Below are positions 11,661 to 21,353 of a stretch of 64,000 nt of DNA, in pieces. The stretch covers positions 7,178 through 71,177 of the forward strand of contig JAOUKT010000009.1 in the NCBI GenBank assembly GCA_029882395.1. The letters run 5' to 3'. Each line of letters opens with the position of its first letter. Within the stretch, counting starts at the first letter, position 1. Origin of the DNA: Gammaproteobacteria bacterium. GTDB lineage: Bacteria; Pseudomonadota; Gammaproteobacteria; SZUA-229. The position numbers were made by a program, and so were the translations under genes. The notes below the pieces were generated by a model that was not told the DNA's origin, searched no databases, and worked only from the letters and a program-made list of their open reading frames with translations.

Positions 11661-13292
11661 TTATTGTTTTGAAATGAGCATGGCAGTGCCGTCAAAACGA
11701 TTAAAGCTAAAGCCCTTAAAATCTTCGCTGTACGTTTGCACCAGCTCTCGCAGTACTGAAATGGCAAACTCTTCCCCCAGTACAATCCCAAGGTCACCAT
11801 CCGTGCGGTAATGCACACCGGCAATATCACGGCCCAGCGAGATATTACTTGCCAGTTTATTGAGTTCACCCTCTATCGTTAGCTCAGCACCTGTATATGG
11901 CAGCAGTGATTTACCGTCCTGACTGGTCATTACCGGATCAGGAATGACATATTCACCATTAAAAAAGGCCTTTAGCATGGTAACAGCTGCGCCTGCCATC
12001 ACCGAGTGACCGGCCGGGTATGTCGGATGTAACGGGCTGCCTTTGGGGGTAGCCGTTGGCAACAGATAATTGCCATTGGCGGCAAACACTTTTCCCAAAG
12101 AACCAGAAGACAAAACATCATCGTGCAGCGGATAACTAACCGCTTGTTTCGTTAGATGGTTATGCACACGGCCAAAAAATACCTCTGGTCTTGCGCGGCG
12201 ATGCACCAGCCATTTCTGGAACCACGCGACATTTTGCGAACTCATTGATACCCGAGACAATAAATCCACCGCATGGTTGTTTCCAAACAGAGGACTACGT
12301 GCCTGTACACTGCCGTTATATGGGTCATTTTTATCATAAGCGGCTGCGCCGAAGTTTCGCATGATTTGTGCAGCGTTTAGATAAGCCTGGTTAACAAAAT
12401 CTTTAAGTACATACTGAGCCATTGCACGGCCGTTATAAATATACCTTGATTCTGCTTCGTAACGTACTGCTGTCACACCTGTGGGTTTACCGCCTTTTTG
12501 AATATGCAGCCACTCATCATAATTTATCAGGTGATCATTGCCTGCAACCGGCACATTATATTTCTGATCAACTTTAGTGGCGCCATACGGCACCTGCATT
12601 AACAAAAACTGAGAAATATAGGGTCCCGTGGTTTCGCCGACACCGATTCCGCGGAACAACGACTGACTGTTGATAACGCCATTGACTGTTGCACCGCGGT
12701 AGTCCGACATCGAATTCATGTCGGCAACCGCATCTGCAATCAGGGCACTGCCGGCATAATCAGAAAATGGCACGTCTCTGGTCAACGCCTGCCACATTAC
12801 TTCTACCGCATCAGATGCCTGCCACGCGCTATCAAATGCTGGCGCGGCCGGCATGGCAAATGAATGCGGATCTTTTCCTTCCAGCAGATAACTAAAAGCA
12901 GCTAAAGGATTTCGCAAACCATATCCACCCGCCACACCTTTTGGAATCATTTCAAAATCAGCGCTCTGGCCTGACTCAACAGCATCCAGCATTAACTGAA
13001 AAGCCCCCGCCTCTACCAGCCCATTATCATCATGCGGCAGGCCTTTACTAAAACTATTCAGGCGATTGCTATAGCGTCTTTCATCACCATTGCTGGGTTG
13101 ATCCGGTACTGGCTCAAGGAAATTACGTAACGCCGCACGCGTACGCAACTTGTAGGCCTTGTAGGCGCGTTCAGACTTGTCAGAGTCACCGTCATGCGCA
13201 AGCACAGTGTTTGAAAACGTAATGCTAAACAGCAGTGAAACGGCTATACATGCCGTTAGAAAAATTGAACCATGATTTTTATACCCTATCAT
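11661..13292 (-). CDS. Secreted PAP2-superfamily enzyme, vanadium-dependent haloperoxidase-like
   Basis: Signal peptide ends ...NTVLA/HDG. Three-motif signature is KWLVHRRARPE, HPTYPAGHS and GRDIAGVHYRTD (R-x5-H-x3-D). At 543 aa the size fits bacterial or algal bromoperoxidase-like proteins. Confidence 0.7.
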   Translation of the reverse strand: MIGYKNHGSIFLTACIAVSLLFSITFSNTVLAHDGDSDKSERAYKAYKLRTRAALRNFLEPVPDQPSNGDERRYSNRLNSFSKGLPHDDNGLVEAGAFQLMLDAVESGQSADFEMIPKGVAGGYGLRNPLAAFSYLLEGKDPHSFAMPAAPAFDSAWQASDAVEVMWQALTRDVPFSDYAGSALIADAVADMNSMSDYRGATVNGVINSQSLFRGIGVGETTGPYISQFLLMQVPYGATKVDQKYNVPVAGNDHLINYDEWLHIQKGGKPTGVTAVRYEAESRYIYNGRAMAQYVLKDFVNQAYLNAAQIMRNFGAAAYDKNDPYNGSVQARSPLFGNNHAVDLLSRVSMSSQNVAWFQKWLVHRRARPEVFFGRVHNHLTKQAVSYPLHDDVLSSGSLGKVFAANGNYLLPTATPKGSPLHPTYPAGHSVMAGAAVTMLKAFFNGEYVIPDPVMTSQDGKSLLPYTGAELTIEGELNKLASNISLGRDIAGVHYRTDGDLGIVLGEEFAISVLRELVQTYSEDFKGFSFNRFDGTAMLISKQ

Positions 13293-13755
13293 TCTCTTCC
13301 ATCCTTTTATTTTTAATTATAATAATATGTAACGTTTCAATTATTATTGAAAATCTCCGTGACTTACATAGGCAAATACCCTAATACAGTAGCCTCTAAC
13401 CAAGCAAAAAAATAAGACCCGCGCATCAACCGGTGAGCATTCTTGCTCTACAGACAACGCAAACTTTTAAAGCTTATCTATCGGCCAGCAATAGCTTCTC
13501 AGTTATCACTGTCTTTGCTGTATTCATCACACTGCCTTGTTTTTCATTTGCATATTAGATGCGATAGTTCAGCCATTGTTTGTTAAGCTCACTACCAATG
13601 CATGATTAGTGTCACCGAATTTTACACTTGCCGCTGCCGGCTTAGCGCTTCAATACAGATAAGCTTAAAATCAGCTGAATCGGGCATTCTTTATTGCGCC
13701 GATACAGTTGATTGAGTATTATTTTCAGTAACGATTTAATCAGGATATATATAGA

Positions 13756-14541
13756 GTGAATCTATTTGAAAGATTCCGTGAATTCCTTGGTAGCCAACAG
13801 ACCAGCAGTAATCAATTTACAGAATTAAGTTATATTGGTCATCGCCGTATCAATCAAGATTTTGCAAGCCACCTTTTTACTCCACAGGGAAAGCTGTTTG
13901 TAGTCGCCGACGGCTTAGGCGGGCATGAAGGCGGCGAACTCGCGTCGCGCTACTTTTGTGAAGCGCTGCTGATTGCAACAAAAGCCAGACTTAAACAGCT
14001 AAACAAACAGCCTGAACAAACACTGGTGTTACTGGCTGAAACCGCCGCAACAGCCATGTCCGATAAAATTCTCAGTGATCACCCGGGCATCAATGCCCAT
14101 ACTACCTGCGCTATTTGCTGGCTATCCACCGACAACAAACTGACAACCTTGCATATTGGCGACACCAGAATTTACTGGTTTACCCGCAGGCATATTATCT
14201 GGCAAAGCCGTGACCACTCGGTAGTGCAGACACTTGTCGACAGCGGCGTAATTAAACAGAACCAGATGGGCACGCACCCCACACAAAATGCCTTAACACG
14301 TAGCATAGCGGTCGGCAAAGCAATAAAACCCAGTTTTAAAAGCCATCAGACACAATTGAAAAAAGGTGACGCGCTATTACTTTGCAGCGACGGTTTCTGG
14401 GAAATGATCAGCCAGAATGAAATTATCAGCCTGGCAAAATCACGAAAGCCGGAACAAGATCTAAGCCGCTGGATAAAAACCGCTATTGAAAGAGCAAAAC
14501 CCTATAGTGACAATGTTACCGCTCAGTTGTATATCCTCTAA
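13756..14541 (+). CDS. PP2C-family Ser/Thr protein phosphatase
   Basis: GTG start. Metal-binding motifs are VVADGLGGHEGGELAS and LLLCSDGFWE. Confidence 0.8.
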   Translation: MNLFERFREFLGSQQTSSNQFTELSYIGHRRINQDFASHLFTPQGKLFVVADGLGGHEGGELASRYFCEALLIATKARLKQLNKQPEQTLVLLAETAATAMSDKILSDHPGINAHTTCAICWLSTDNKLTTLHIGDTRIYWFTRRHIIWQSRDHSVVQTLVDSGVIKQNQMGTHPTQNALTRSIAVGKAIKPSFKSHQTQLKKGDALLLCSDGFWEMISQNEIISLAKSRKPEQDLSRWIKTAIERAKPYSDNVTAQLYIL

Positions 14542-14694
14542 ACGCGTTATTTAAACAATATTGAGCCCTTTCTCAGGCAATTGCCTGAGGCCTGAACTTT
14601 CCGCCGCATAAAGACTCGTATTATACGAACACTTCGTTGAGCTGTTGCTCGTGACCATTTTGTGATATTTGCAGATTATAATGAATAAATGCTT

Positions 14695-15390
14695 ATGAAA
14701 AATGTACTTATCGTCGAAGACAATCATGATATAGCCAGTCTTATTCAAATGCACTTAGCGGATACAGGCTATCAGACCGTGATTTCATCAGATGGTTTAT
14801 CCGCGGTCGAACACACTAATAATACAAAATTTGATCTCGTCATCCTCGATTTAATGCTTCCTAAAATGGATGGTCTTGACGTTTGTCGCAGCATTAGAAA
14901 ACAATCCAGCTACACTCCTATTTTAATGCTGACCTCAAAATCATCAGAACTCGACAGAGTACTGGGGCTTGAAGTCGGTGCCGATGACTATGTAACAAAA
15001 CCCTTTAGCATTCGCGAATTACTCGCCAGAGTAAAATCACAGTTCAGGCGCGCTGAAGCGACCACCCTATCCGACAGCATGGTTAATGAACTGGTGTTTG
15101 ACGATCTGCAGGTAAATTTAGACACTCGCAGGGTCACTCTTGGCGACAGAAATATAGACTTAACCGCAAAAGAATTCGATTTACTCCATAAGTTTGCCCA
15201 AAATCCGGGACGTGTTTACACGCGCTCGCAGTTGCTTGACAGTGTCTGGGGTTATGGCCATGAAGGCTATGAGCACACCGTTAACTCCCACATTAACCGG
15301 CTGCGCAGTAAAATTGAAATCAAGCCGGCTCATCCGCGTTATATTCTGACCGTATGGGGTGTCGGTTATAAATTTAACGACAAGCTATAG
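14695..15390 (+). CDS. OmpR/PhoB-family response regulator
   Basis: MKNVLIVEDN..., acceptor context LVILDLMLPKMDG, winged-helix C-terminus YILTVWGVGYKF. An alternative start lies 6 nt upstream at 14689. Confidence 0.9.
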   Translation: MKNVLIVEDNHDIASLIQMHLADTGYQTVISSDGLSAVEHTNNTKFDLVILDLMLPKMDGLDVCRSIRKQSSYTPILMLTSKSSELDRVLGLEVGADDYVTKPFSIRELLARVKSQFRRAEATTLSDSMVNELVFDDLQVNLDTRRVTLGDRNIDLTAKEFDLLHKFAQNPGRVYTRSQLLDSVWGYGHEGYEHTVNSHINRLRSKIEIKPAHPRYILTVWGVGYKFNDKL

Positions 15391-15398
15391 CCCCTTGC

Positions 15399-16871
15399 AT
15401 GTTAAATAAACTTTCTAACAAACTGATTTTTACGTTACTGGGCTTACTGCTTGCCTTCTCGACAATCTTCATCACATTTAGCATAAACTCGCTGCCCGTT
15501 TTGCTGCAGGAAGTAAACCAGCGACTTAATCTTAATCTGGCCAATAATATAGTCACTGAAAAAAACCTGATGCTTGACAACAAGGTTAACAATCAGGCAC
15601 TGAGTTCAGTTTTTATGGGACTGATGCTGGTTAATCCGATGATAGAAGTTTATCTTCTGGACACCAGTGGCAATATTCTGGCTTATTCTGCGCCTGACAA
15701 TACGATACTGCGCAAAAAAATCAAGCTTGCGCCCATCAAACGTCTTTTAAATAACAGCGGATCATTACCTGTCACCGGCAATGATCCGCGGCAGTTAAAT
15801 ACCGACAAAGTCTTCTCCGTTGCCGCTATAAAACACAACAACTTACTACAGGGCTATCTCTATATTATCCTCAACAGCCAGGCTTACGACTCGGTGTTTA
15901 AGTTAATTGAAGGCAGCTATATCTTCAGGCTCTGGTTATTGGGCATTATCATCAGCCTTAGCTTTACCTCCTTAGCAGGCATTATTATTCTTAAACACAT
16001 CACCAGCCGTTTAAAACACCTTAATCTGGCTATTTATTCTTTTAAACAAAACAACTTTAAGAAGCTTGTCAATCTGCCCGAACGCTTCAACAGCCGACCC
16101 GGCGATGAGATTGATCAGTTAGGCAGCACATTCAAGGAAATGTCAGAACGCATTATGCAGCAGGTTAAGCTACTTGAACACAATGACGCATCTCGCCGTG
16201 AACTGATCGCAAATGTCTCTCACGACCTGAGAACACCGCTCGCTTCATTGCAGGCTTATCTTGAGACACTGCTGCTAAAACAAGAGACACTGACGGCAGA
16301 ACAATACAGTCAGTATTTAAATAGCGCCTTGCAACATAGCAATCACTTAAAGAAATTAATAGCCGAACTTTTCGAGTTATCCACGCTGGAAAATAACTCG
16401 GCCGAATTACACTTTGAACCGTTTTCCATGAGCGAGCTAGTTCAGGATGTGACACAACAGTTTGATTTAAAGGCCAGAGAAAAAAATATCAGTATCTCCA
16501 CGCAGATTCCAAAACATGCCGCTTTCGTATCGGCCGACATCAGCCTCATTCAGCGCCTGCTGGAAAACCTGATCGAGAATGCGATTAAATACACGCCCAA
16601 AGACGGCAAAGTCACGGTCAGTTTATTTGCCACAGATAAAGCGCTGACAACCAGTATCTCGGATGACGGGGAGGGCATCTCTGAAAATGACTTACCTTTT
16701 ATATTTGATCGTTTTTACAGGGTAGACAAACACCGGCAAACGGATGGTACCGGGCTGGGTTTAGCTATCGCCAAACGTATTATTCAACTGCATAACAGCA
16801 CTATCGATATTAACACGGCGCCCAAATGCGGCACGACACTGTCATTTGCTCTGCCTTATGCGCATTCGTGA
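15399..16871 (+). CDS. Membrane sensor histidine kinase (2 TM, periplasmic loop, HAMP, HisKA, HATPase)
   Basis: H-box SHDLRTPLASL, N-box LIENAIKYTP, G-boxes DDGEGI and GTGLGLAIAK. Starts 9 nt after the regulator gene. Confidence 0.9.
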   Translation: MLNKLSNKLIFTLLGLLLAFSTIFITFSINSLPVLLQEVNQRLNLNLANNIVTEKNLMLDNKVNNQALSSVFMGLMLVNPMIEVYLLDTSGNILAYSAPDNTILRKKIKLAPIKRLLNNSGSLPVTGNDPRQLNTDKVFSVAAIKHNNLLQGYLYIILNSQAYDSVFKLIEGSYIFRLWLLGIIISLSFTSLAGIIILKHITSRLKHLNLAIYSFKQNNFKKLVNLPERFNSRPGDEIDQLGSTFKEMSERIMQQVKLLEHNDASRRELIANVSHDLRTPLASLQAYLETLLLKQETLTAEQYSQYLNSALQHSNHLKKLIAELFELSTLENNSAELHFEPFSMSELVQDVTQQFDLKAREKNISISTQIPKHAAFVSADISLIQRLLENLIENAIKYTPKDGKVTVSLFATDKALTTSISDDGEGISENDLPFIFDRFYRVDKHRQTDGTGLGLAIAKRIIQLHNSTIDINTAPKCGTTLSFALPYAHS

Positions 16872-16949
16872 TAAAAACGTTATAACTTTGTGACCCTTTA
16901 GTGAATTTAGTCAATCAGAATTGCTGCTCACATAAAACAAGGAGTTACT

Positions 16950-17594
16950 ATGAAAAACCTAATCGCATTTTTATCACTCAGCTTATTGCTCGCAGCAAAT
17001 GCCAACGCATCTGGTTTAAAGCAGTACCAGGTCAGCATTACAAACGCGACAGCACACCATGTCTTCACACCGACATTAATTGCCACACACGGATCGGCGT
17101 TTAATTTATTCAAAGTTGGCCAGGCCGCAAGCGAAGGTTTAGTGGTACAGGCTGAAACCGGCGACCCTTCGCTTTTGCTGGCAGAAACGCAAAGTCAGGC
17201 CGAGGTCTTTGATACGCTAATTGGTACATTCATAGCTTATGGACAGACCGCAAGCTTTATGATCACCGCGCCAAGAAAAGCACGTTTAAGTCTAACGGCT
17301 ATGCTCGCAACCACCAATGATGGCTTTGTCGCACTTGATAATGTAGCGCTGCCCAGACACAGCGCCACATATTATGCTTACGCCTATGACGCCGGGTCTG
17401 AAGACAATAATGAAGACTGCGCCTATATTCCCGGCCCACCCTGTGCCGCTGACTCAGGCAACGCTCGTGATACCAACAGCGAGGGTTTTGTCAGCCTTCA
17501 CAACGGCATACACGGCCAGGCCAGCCTCGAGCCAAAAGACCTCGACTGGCATGGCCCGGTAGCAATTATTACCATCACCAGAGTTCATCACTGA
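16950..17594 (+). CDS. Secreted spondin_N-like domain protein (function unknown)
   Basis: Signal peptide ends ...ANANA/SG. The pattern YQVSITNAT..HVFTPTLIATH....LF..G..ASEGL...AETGD....LA and ...MLATTNDGF resembles bacterial spondin_N proteins. This is from memory and is not HMM-verified. Confidence 0.5.
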   Translation: MKNLIAFLSLSLLLAANANASGLKQYQVSITNATAHHVFTPTLIATHGSAFNLFKVGQAASEGLVVQAETGDPSLLLAETQSQAEVFDTLIGTFIAYGQTASFMITAPRKARLSLTAMLATTNDGFVALDNVALPRHSATYYAYAYDAGSEDNNEDCAYIPGPPCAADSGNARDTNSEGFVSLHNGIHGQASLEPKDLDWHGPVAIITITRVHH

Positions 17595-17598
17595 TTGA

Positions 17599-17642
17599 CT
17601 GGCAACGATTAACCCATGAAATACCGGGTTAATCGTTGCCAG
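17599..17642 (+). terminator. Very strong hairpin (perfect 17-bp stem) after the spondin-like gene
   Basis: CTGGCAACGATTAACCC-atgaaatacc-GGGTTAATCGTTGCCAG, followed by a T-rich stretch ctgtatttgtagtttt. Confidence 0.7.
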
Positions 17643-17745
17643 CTGTATTTGTAGTTTTCACTTGTACACCGTCACCGCGATGCGCCAGACTAGCCTTTGT
17701 TTTGAATTTGCCTATAATGGGAGCGCATCAATTACAGGGAGTTTA

Positions 17746-18441
17746 ATGATGGCAAAACAATGTCTCGATACAAAAACACGAATTACCATAGGTGCACTGG
17801 GCGGCATCTCACCCATCATTATTAGTCTGTTAGTCGTCGACATTACAAGACTGTTCAGTGAAACCGGGGTAATGGATGGTATTGGTCTGTCTATCCGCTT
17901 TCTTGTGCTTATTTTTATAGGCGGCCTGATCGGCTACCTACACACCAAAGAAGAAGAACCTTTTAAACTGTTCCAGCTAGGCATTGCTGCACCGGCATTA
18001 TTAACTACCGCGATAAACGGTAACAGTATTTCCAACCAGACCTATCTTAAAGAACACTCAGCTGACGCTGAGTATCATTTTTTTATGAAAAGTGCTTATG
18101 CAGCGGAAGCTGACTATAAAAACCAGACACTATTCAAACAAGCCAGGGTTACACAAACACAGCTTTTTCTGCGGGGTCTGATTGGCACAAAACTATTTAG
18201 TGAAGATGATGACTGGTATGTTATTGTCGGCTCACACAAAGAGATTAGTGCCGCCAAGCTTCAGGTCGAAAGCATTAAGACCATGCACTACAAAGCAAAA
18301 ATCTATAAGCCGTCGACTGATAGAGGATACTTTACGGTTGCTATTGGCACCAACCTTGATTTCGAAGAAGCAAAACAACTAAAGGCGAAGGCGATTAAAA
18401 ACGGCTTGCCGGAAGACACCTTTTTATGGAAAAGAAAATAA
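17746..18441 (+). CDS. Membrane protein with C-terminal SPOR (peptidoglycan-binding) domain
   Basis: I place the start at ATG 17746, which has an AGGGAG SD. There are 3-4 hydrophobic helices. The C-terminus WYVIVGSHKEISAAKLQVE...GYFTVAIGTNLDFEEAKQLKAKA is SPOR-like. Confidence 0.65.
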   Translation: MMAKQCLDTKTRITIGALGGISPIIISLLVVDITRLFSETGVMDGIGLSIRFLVLIFIGGLIGYLHTKEEEPFKLFQLGIAAPALLTTAINGNSISNQTYLKEHSADAEYHFFMKSAYAAEADYKNQTLFKQARVTQTQLFLRGLIGTKLFSEDDDWYVIVGSHKEISAAKLQVESIKTMHYKAKIYKPSTDRGYFTVAIGTNLDFEEAKQLKAKAIKNGLPEDTFLWKRK

Positions 18442-18504
18442 CGCCTCAGGCTCTGGATGCAAGCGTCCAGAACGCGCATTGAGCATGTCTAGATAAAAGC
18501 AGGC

Positions 18505-20055
18505 TTATCGTTTACGTGCAACCGGGTGCGGCTCCAGCAGCAGACTCTTGCCTGTCATGGCAGCAGGCTGTTGCAAGCCCATCATTTCCAGAACAGTTGG
18601 CGCGATATTGCTCAAGCCCGCACCGGTTCTCAGATGCCAGCTGATTTCATCCATAATAACGCAGGGAACAGGGTAGAGTGTATGCTGTGTATGCGGCTCC
18701 CAGGTAACAGGGTCAACCATTTCATCACAGTTTCCATGATCAGACGTTAAGATAACGGAAAAGTTTTCTTTATTGGCTACATCAAGCACCCGGCCAACTT
18801 CTTTATCGAGCGCTTCAACAGCGGCAATAACCGCTTCGCGTTTTGCCGTGTGCCCGACCATATCGCCATTGGGGAAGTTTACAACAATAAAGCCATATTC
18901 TTGCGAACGAATAGCTGTAATCACTTCATCTGCCACTTGCTCTGCACTCATCTCCGGCTGCAGATCATAGGTCGAAACATCGGGCGATGGCACCATAACC
19001 CGGTCTTCACCAGCAAAGGCTTCTTCACGCCCGCCATTAAAGAAAAAAGTGACGTGCGCATATTTTTCAGTTTCAGAACAGTGGAACTGCTTAATACCAG
19101 CCTGACTGATGATTTGTGACAGCGTCACCATAGGCCGCTCAGGCGCAAAACCAATCGGCAATAATAGCTGTGGATCATATTCCGTCAGGCAAGTGACAGC
19201 AGCCACCTCAAAATCACCGCGGTCAAAATGATCAAAAACAATTTTTGTTAAGGCCGCCGTTAGTTGCCGTGGGCGATCATTGCGGAAATTAAAAAAGATA
19301 ACATTGTCATCAGGCCGAATCAGCTCGCCGCCTGTAATAAAGGTGGGCTGAATAAATTCATCGCCTTCATCGTGCTCATAAGCAAAATCAACCGCCTCAT
19401 CAGCACTAGCCGCTTCGCGGCCAACACCATTGATTAACAAATCCCAGGATACTTTGATACGGTCCCAGCGATTATCTCTGTCCATGGCGTAATAGCGACC
19501 ACAAATTGTTGCGATCACGCCGCCAGCGTCCTCTAATGCATCAGCAATCTTTTCTATAAACTGGTGGGCTGAACGTGGCGCGGTATCACGGCCATCCGCA
19601 ATCATATGCACTACCGGCTTAATGCTGCTACGCTTGCACATTTCGATCAACGCTAACAGGTGATTGGTATGACTGTGCACACCACCGTCAGAAACCAGGC
19701 CGAGTAAGTGCATCGGCCGGCCGGATTTTTTTGCATCCTCAATCGCAGAGCACAATGCAGAATTATCAAAGAACTCGCCGTTTTCTATCGCATTGTCAAT
19801 TCTCACCAGATCCTGGCGGATTATTGATCCACAGCCTAATGTCATGTGGCCGACTTCTGAATTACCCATCTGACCTTCAGGCAAACCAACCGCGTTGCCA
19901 CAGGCATCGAGAACGGTATGAGGATACATAGAAAAGTATTCGTCGATACGGGGAGTATCGGCTTCGGCAACAGCATTGTTAATTTTACTGGGATTGACTC
20001 CAAAACCATCAAGAATGATCAGGATTGTATTTCGGCGCGGTGCATTACGTTGCAT
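18505..20055 (-). CDS. gpmI: 2,3-bisphosphoglycerate-independent phosphoglycerate mutase
   Basis: 516 aa ORF with ILDGFG, NSEVGH and LVSDGGVHSH motifs. Confidence 0.95.
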   Translation of the reverse strand: MQRNAPRRNTILIILDGFGVNPSKINNAVAEADTPRIDEYFSMYPHTVLDACGNAVGLPEGQMGNSEVGHMTLGCGSIIRQDLVRIDNAIENGEFFDNSALCSAIEDAKKSGRPMHLLGLVSDGGVHSHTNHLLALIEMCKRSSIKPVVHMIADGRDTAPRSAHQFIEKIADALEDAGGVIATICGRYYAMDRDNRWDRIKVSWDLLINGVGREAASADEAVDFAYEHDEGDEFIQPTFITGGELIRPDDNVIFFNFRNDRPRQLTAALTKIVFDHFDRGDFEVAAVTCLTEYDPQLLLPIGFAPERPMVTLSQIISQAGIKQFHCSETEKYAHVTFFFNGGREEAFAGEDRVMVPSPDVSTYDLQPEMSAEQVADEVITAIRSQEYGFIVVNFPNGDMVGHTAKREAVIAAVEALDKEVGRVLDVANKENFSVILTSDHGNCDEMVDPVTWEPHTQHTLYPVPCVIMDEISWHLRTGAGLSNIAPTVLEMMGLQQPAAMTGKSLLLEPHPVARKR

Positions 20056-20194
20056 GGATGATTTCCCAAGTCTTTAAATAGGTCTTTTTAGGCGTGAGAA
20101 TTCTAACGCTTATCTACATCAGAATCCATTAATACACAGTAAAAAGGCTTAATTCGGCCAAAAAAACACTGTTTTTTGATAAAAAGCCTGTGTT

Positions 20195-21331
20195 TTAATC
20201 CACTTCAGGTAAATCATCCATGGAACTAGGAAACTCCATTTCACCAGACTCTTCTATTTTATTAATGCCTTTTTCGCCGCCAAAATTAATTCTCCATTCC
20301 AGATTGCTGCGTGAATCGGCATTATTTAATGCAGATTTAAGATCAATTTTGCCGCTTTTAAATAATTCATAAAGTGACTGATCAAAGGTCTGCATGCCTT
20401 CTGCACCGTTTTTTTCCATCGCGTCTTTGATATCGCCAAAGTTACTTTTGCGGATCAAATCAGAGATATACGGCGTGTTGATTAAAATCTCCACCGCCGC
20501 GACGCGTTTACCATCGCGTGACTGAATCAGCCGCTGTGAAACAATGGCTTTCAGGTTTAAAGACATATCCATCAGCACCTGATTGGCCGCATCATTGCTA
20601 AAAAAACTCAAGACACGATCCAGCGTCTGGTTAGCATTCACAGAATGCAATGTTGTCAAACATAAATGGCCGGTGTCAGCATAACTCAGGGCCGCCTTCA
20701 TGGTTTCTTCGTCACGAGCCTCGCCTATCATGATGACATCAGGCGCCTCTCGCATTGCCTCACGCAAGGCATTGGCATAAGACTTTGTATCCAGCCCCAC
20801 TTCTCTCTGGCCAACGATAGATGCTTCATGATTGAAGGCAAACTCTATCGGATCTTCGATCGTTAAGATATGACCTGATTCGACTTTATTTCTATAATTG
20901 ATCATCGACGCAAGCGTGGTTGACTTGCCGGAGCCGGTTGAGCCGACCACCAGTATCAAACCTTTTTTCAGCAAAATTAATTCTTTGAGTGTGTCAGGCA
21001 GGTTTAATTCTTCCAGCGAGGGTATCACCGCTTTGATATAACGAATCACCATCGAGACTTCGCCGCGCTGCAAATAAATATTTATACGAAAGCGGCCGAT
21101 ATCTGTCAGGCTGAGCCCTAAATTCATTTCCAGTTCATGAGCAAATTCCTCTTTTTGCTCTTCACTCATAATGCTTTCTGCAATCTGTTTAACCAGCCCC
21201 GGCTCAAGCGGCGACTTGCCGACGGCTTTAGTATGGCCTTCGATTTTCATACTCACCGGTGCACCCGTGGTAAAAAACAAATCCGATGCGCCTTTGTCGG
21301 CCATTAATTTCAAATAGGGTGTAATGTTCAT
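20195..21331 (-). CDS. PilT/PilU-family type IV pilus ATPase, diverged third paralogue
   Basis: 378 aa ORF with Walker A GSTGSGKST, the Asp/His boxes, and a PilU-like C-terminal extension. It aligns less well to P. aeruginosa PilU (from memory) than the neighbouring gene does. Confidence 0.85.
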   Translation of the reverse strand: MNITPYLKLMADKGASDLFFTTGAPVSMKIEGHTKAVGKSPLEPGLVKQIAESIMSEEQKEEFAHELEMNLGLSLTDIGRFRINIYLQRGEVSMVIRYIKAVIPSLEELNLPDTLKELILLKKGLILVVGSTGSGKSTTLASMINYRNKVESGHILTIEDPIEFAFNHEASIVGQREVGLDTKSYANALREAMREAPDVIMIGEARDEETMKAALSYADTGHLCLTTLHSVNANQTLDRVLSFFSNDAANQVLMDMSLNLKAIVSQRLIQSRDGKRVAAVEILINTPYISDLIRKSNFGDIKDAMEKNGAEGMQTFDQSLYELFKSGKIDLKSALNNADSRSNLEWRINFGGEKGINKIEESGEMEFPSSMDDLPEVD

Positions 21332-21353
21332 AGTCTATCCACTGCTTTAAATC

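Noticed and set aside
11558-11869. 103-aa minus-strand ORF overlapping the 3' end of the haloperoxidase-like gene.
   Set aside because: It overlaps the supported 543-aa ORF in another frame. It has no recognisable motifs and an implausible composition.
13300-13360. A/T-only inverted repeats (TAATAAT...ATTATTA) in the divergent haloperoxidase/PP2C promoter region, considered as an operator or a dif-like site.
   Set aside because: Low-complexity AT-rich palindromes arise by chance in promoter DNA. There is no match to the dif consensus GGTGCGCATAATGTATATTATGTTAAAT.
10273-18504. Possible genomic island inserted at the tRNA(CAU) gene. Accessory-looking genes (REC-PilZ, haloperoxidase-like, PP2C, two-component system, spondin-like, SPOR) lie between the tRNA and gpmI, with large AT-rich spacers.
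   Set aside because: I found no integrase, transposase or phage gene. I also saw no direct repeat of the tRNA 3' end (…TCGAGTCACTCCGGGGGCACCA) at the far side by eye. Codon and composition of the ORFs look like the rest of the window. A proper check would be a k-mer or GC-skew island predictor and synteny comparison with relatives.
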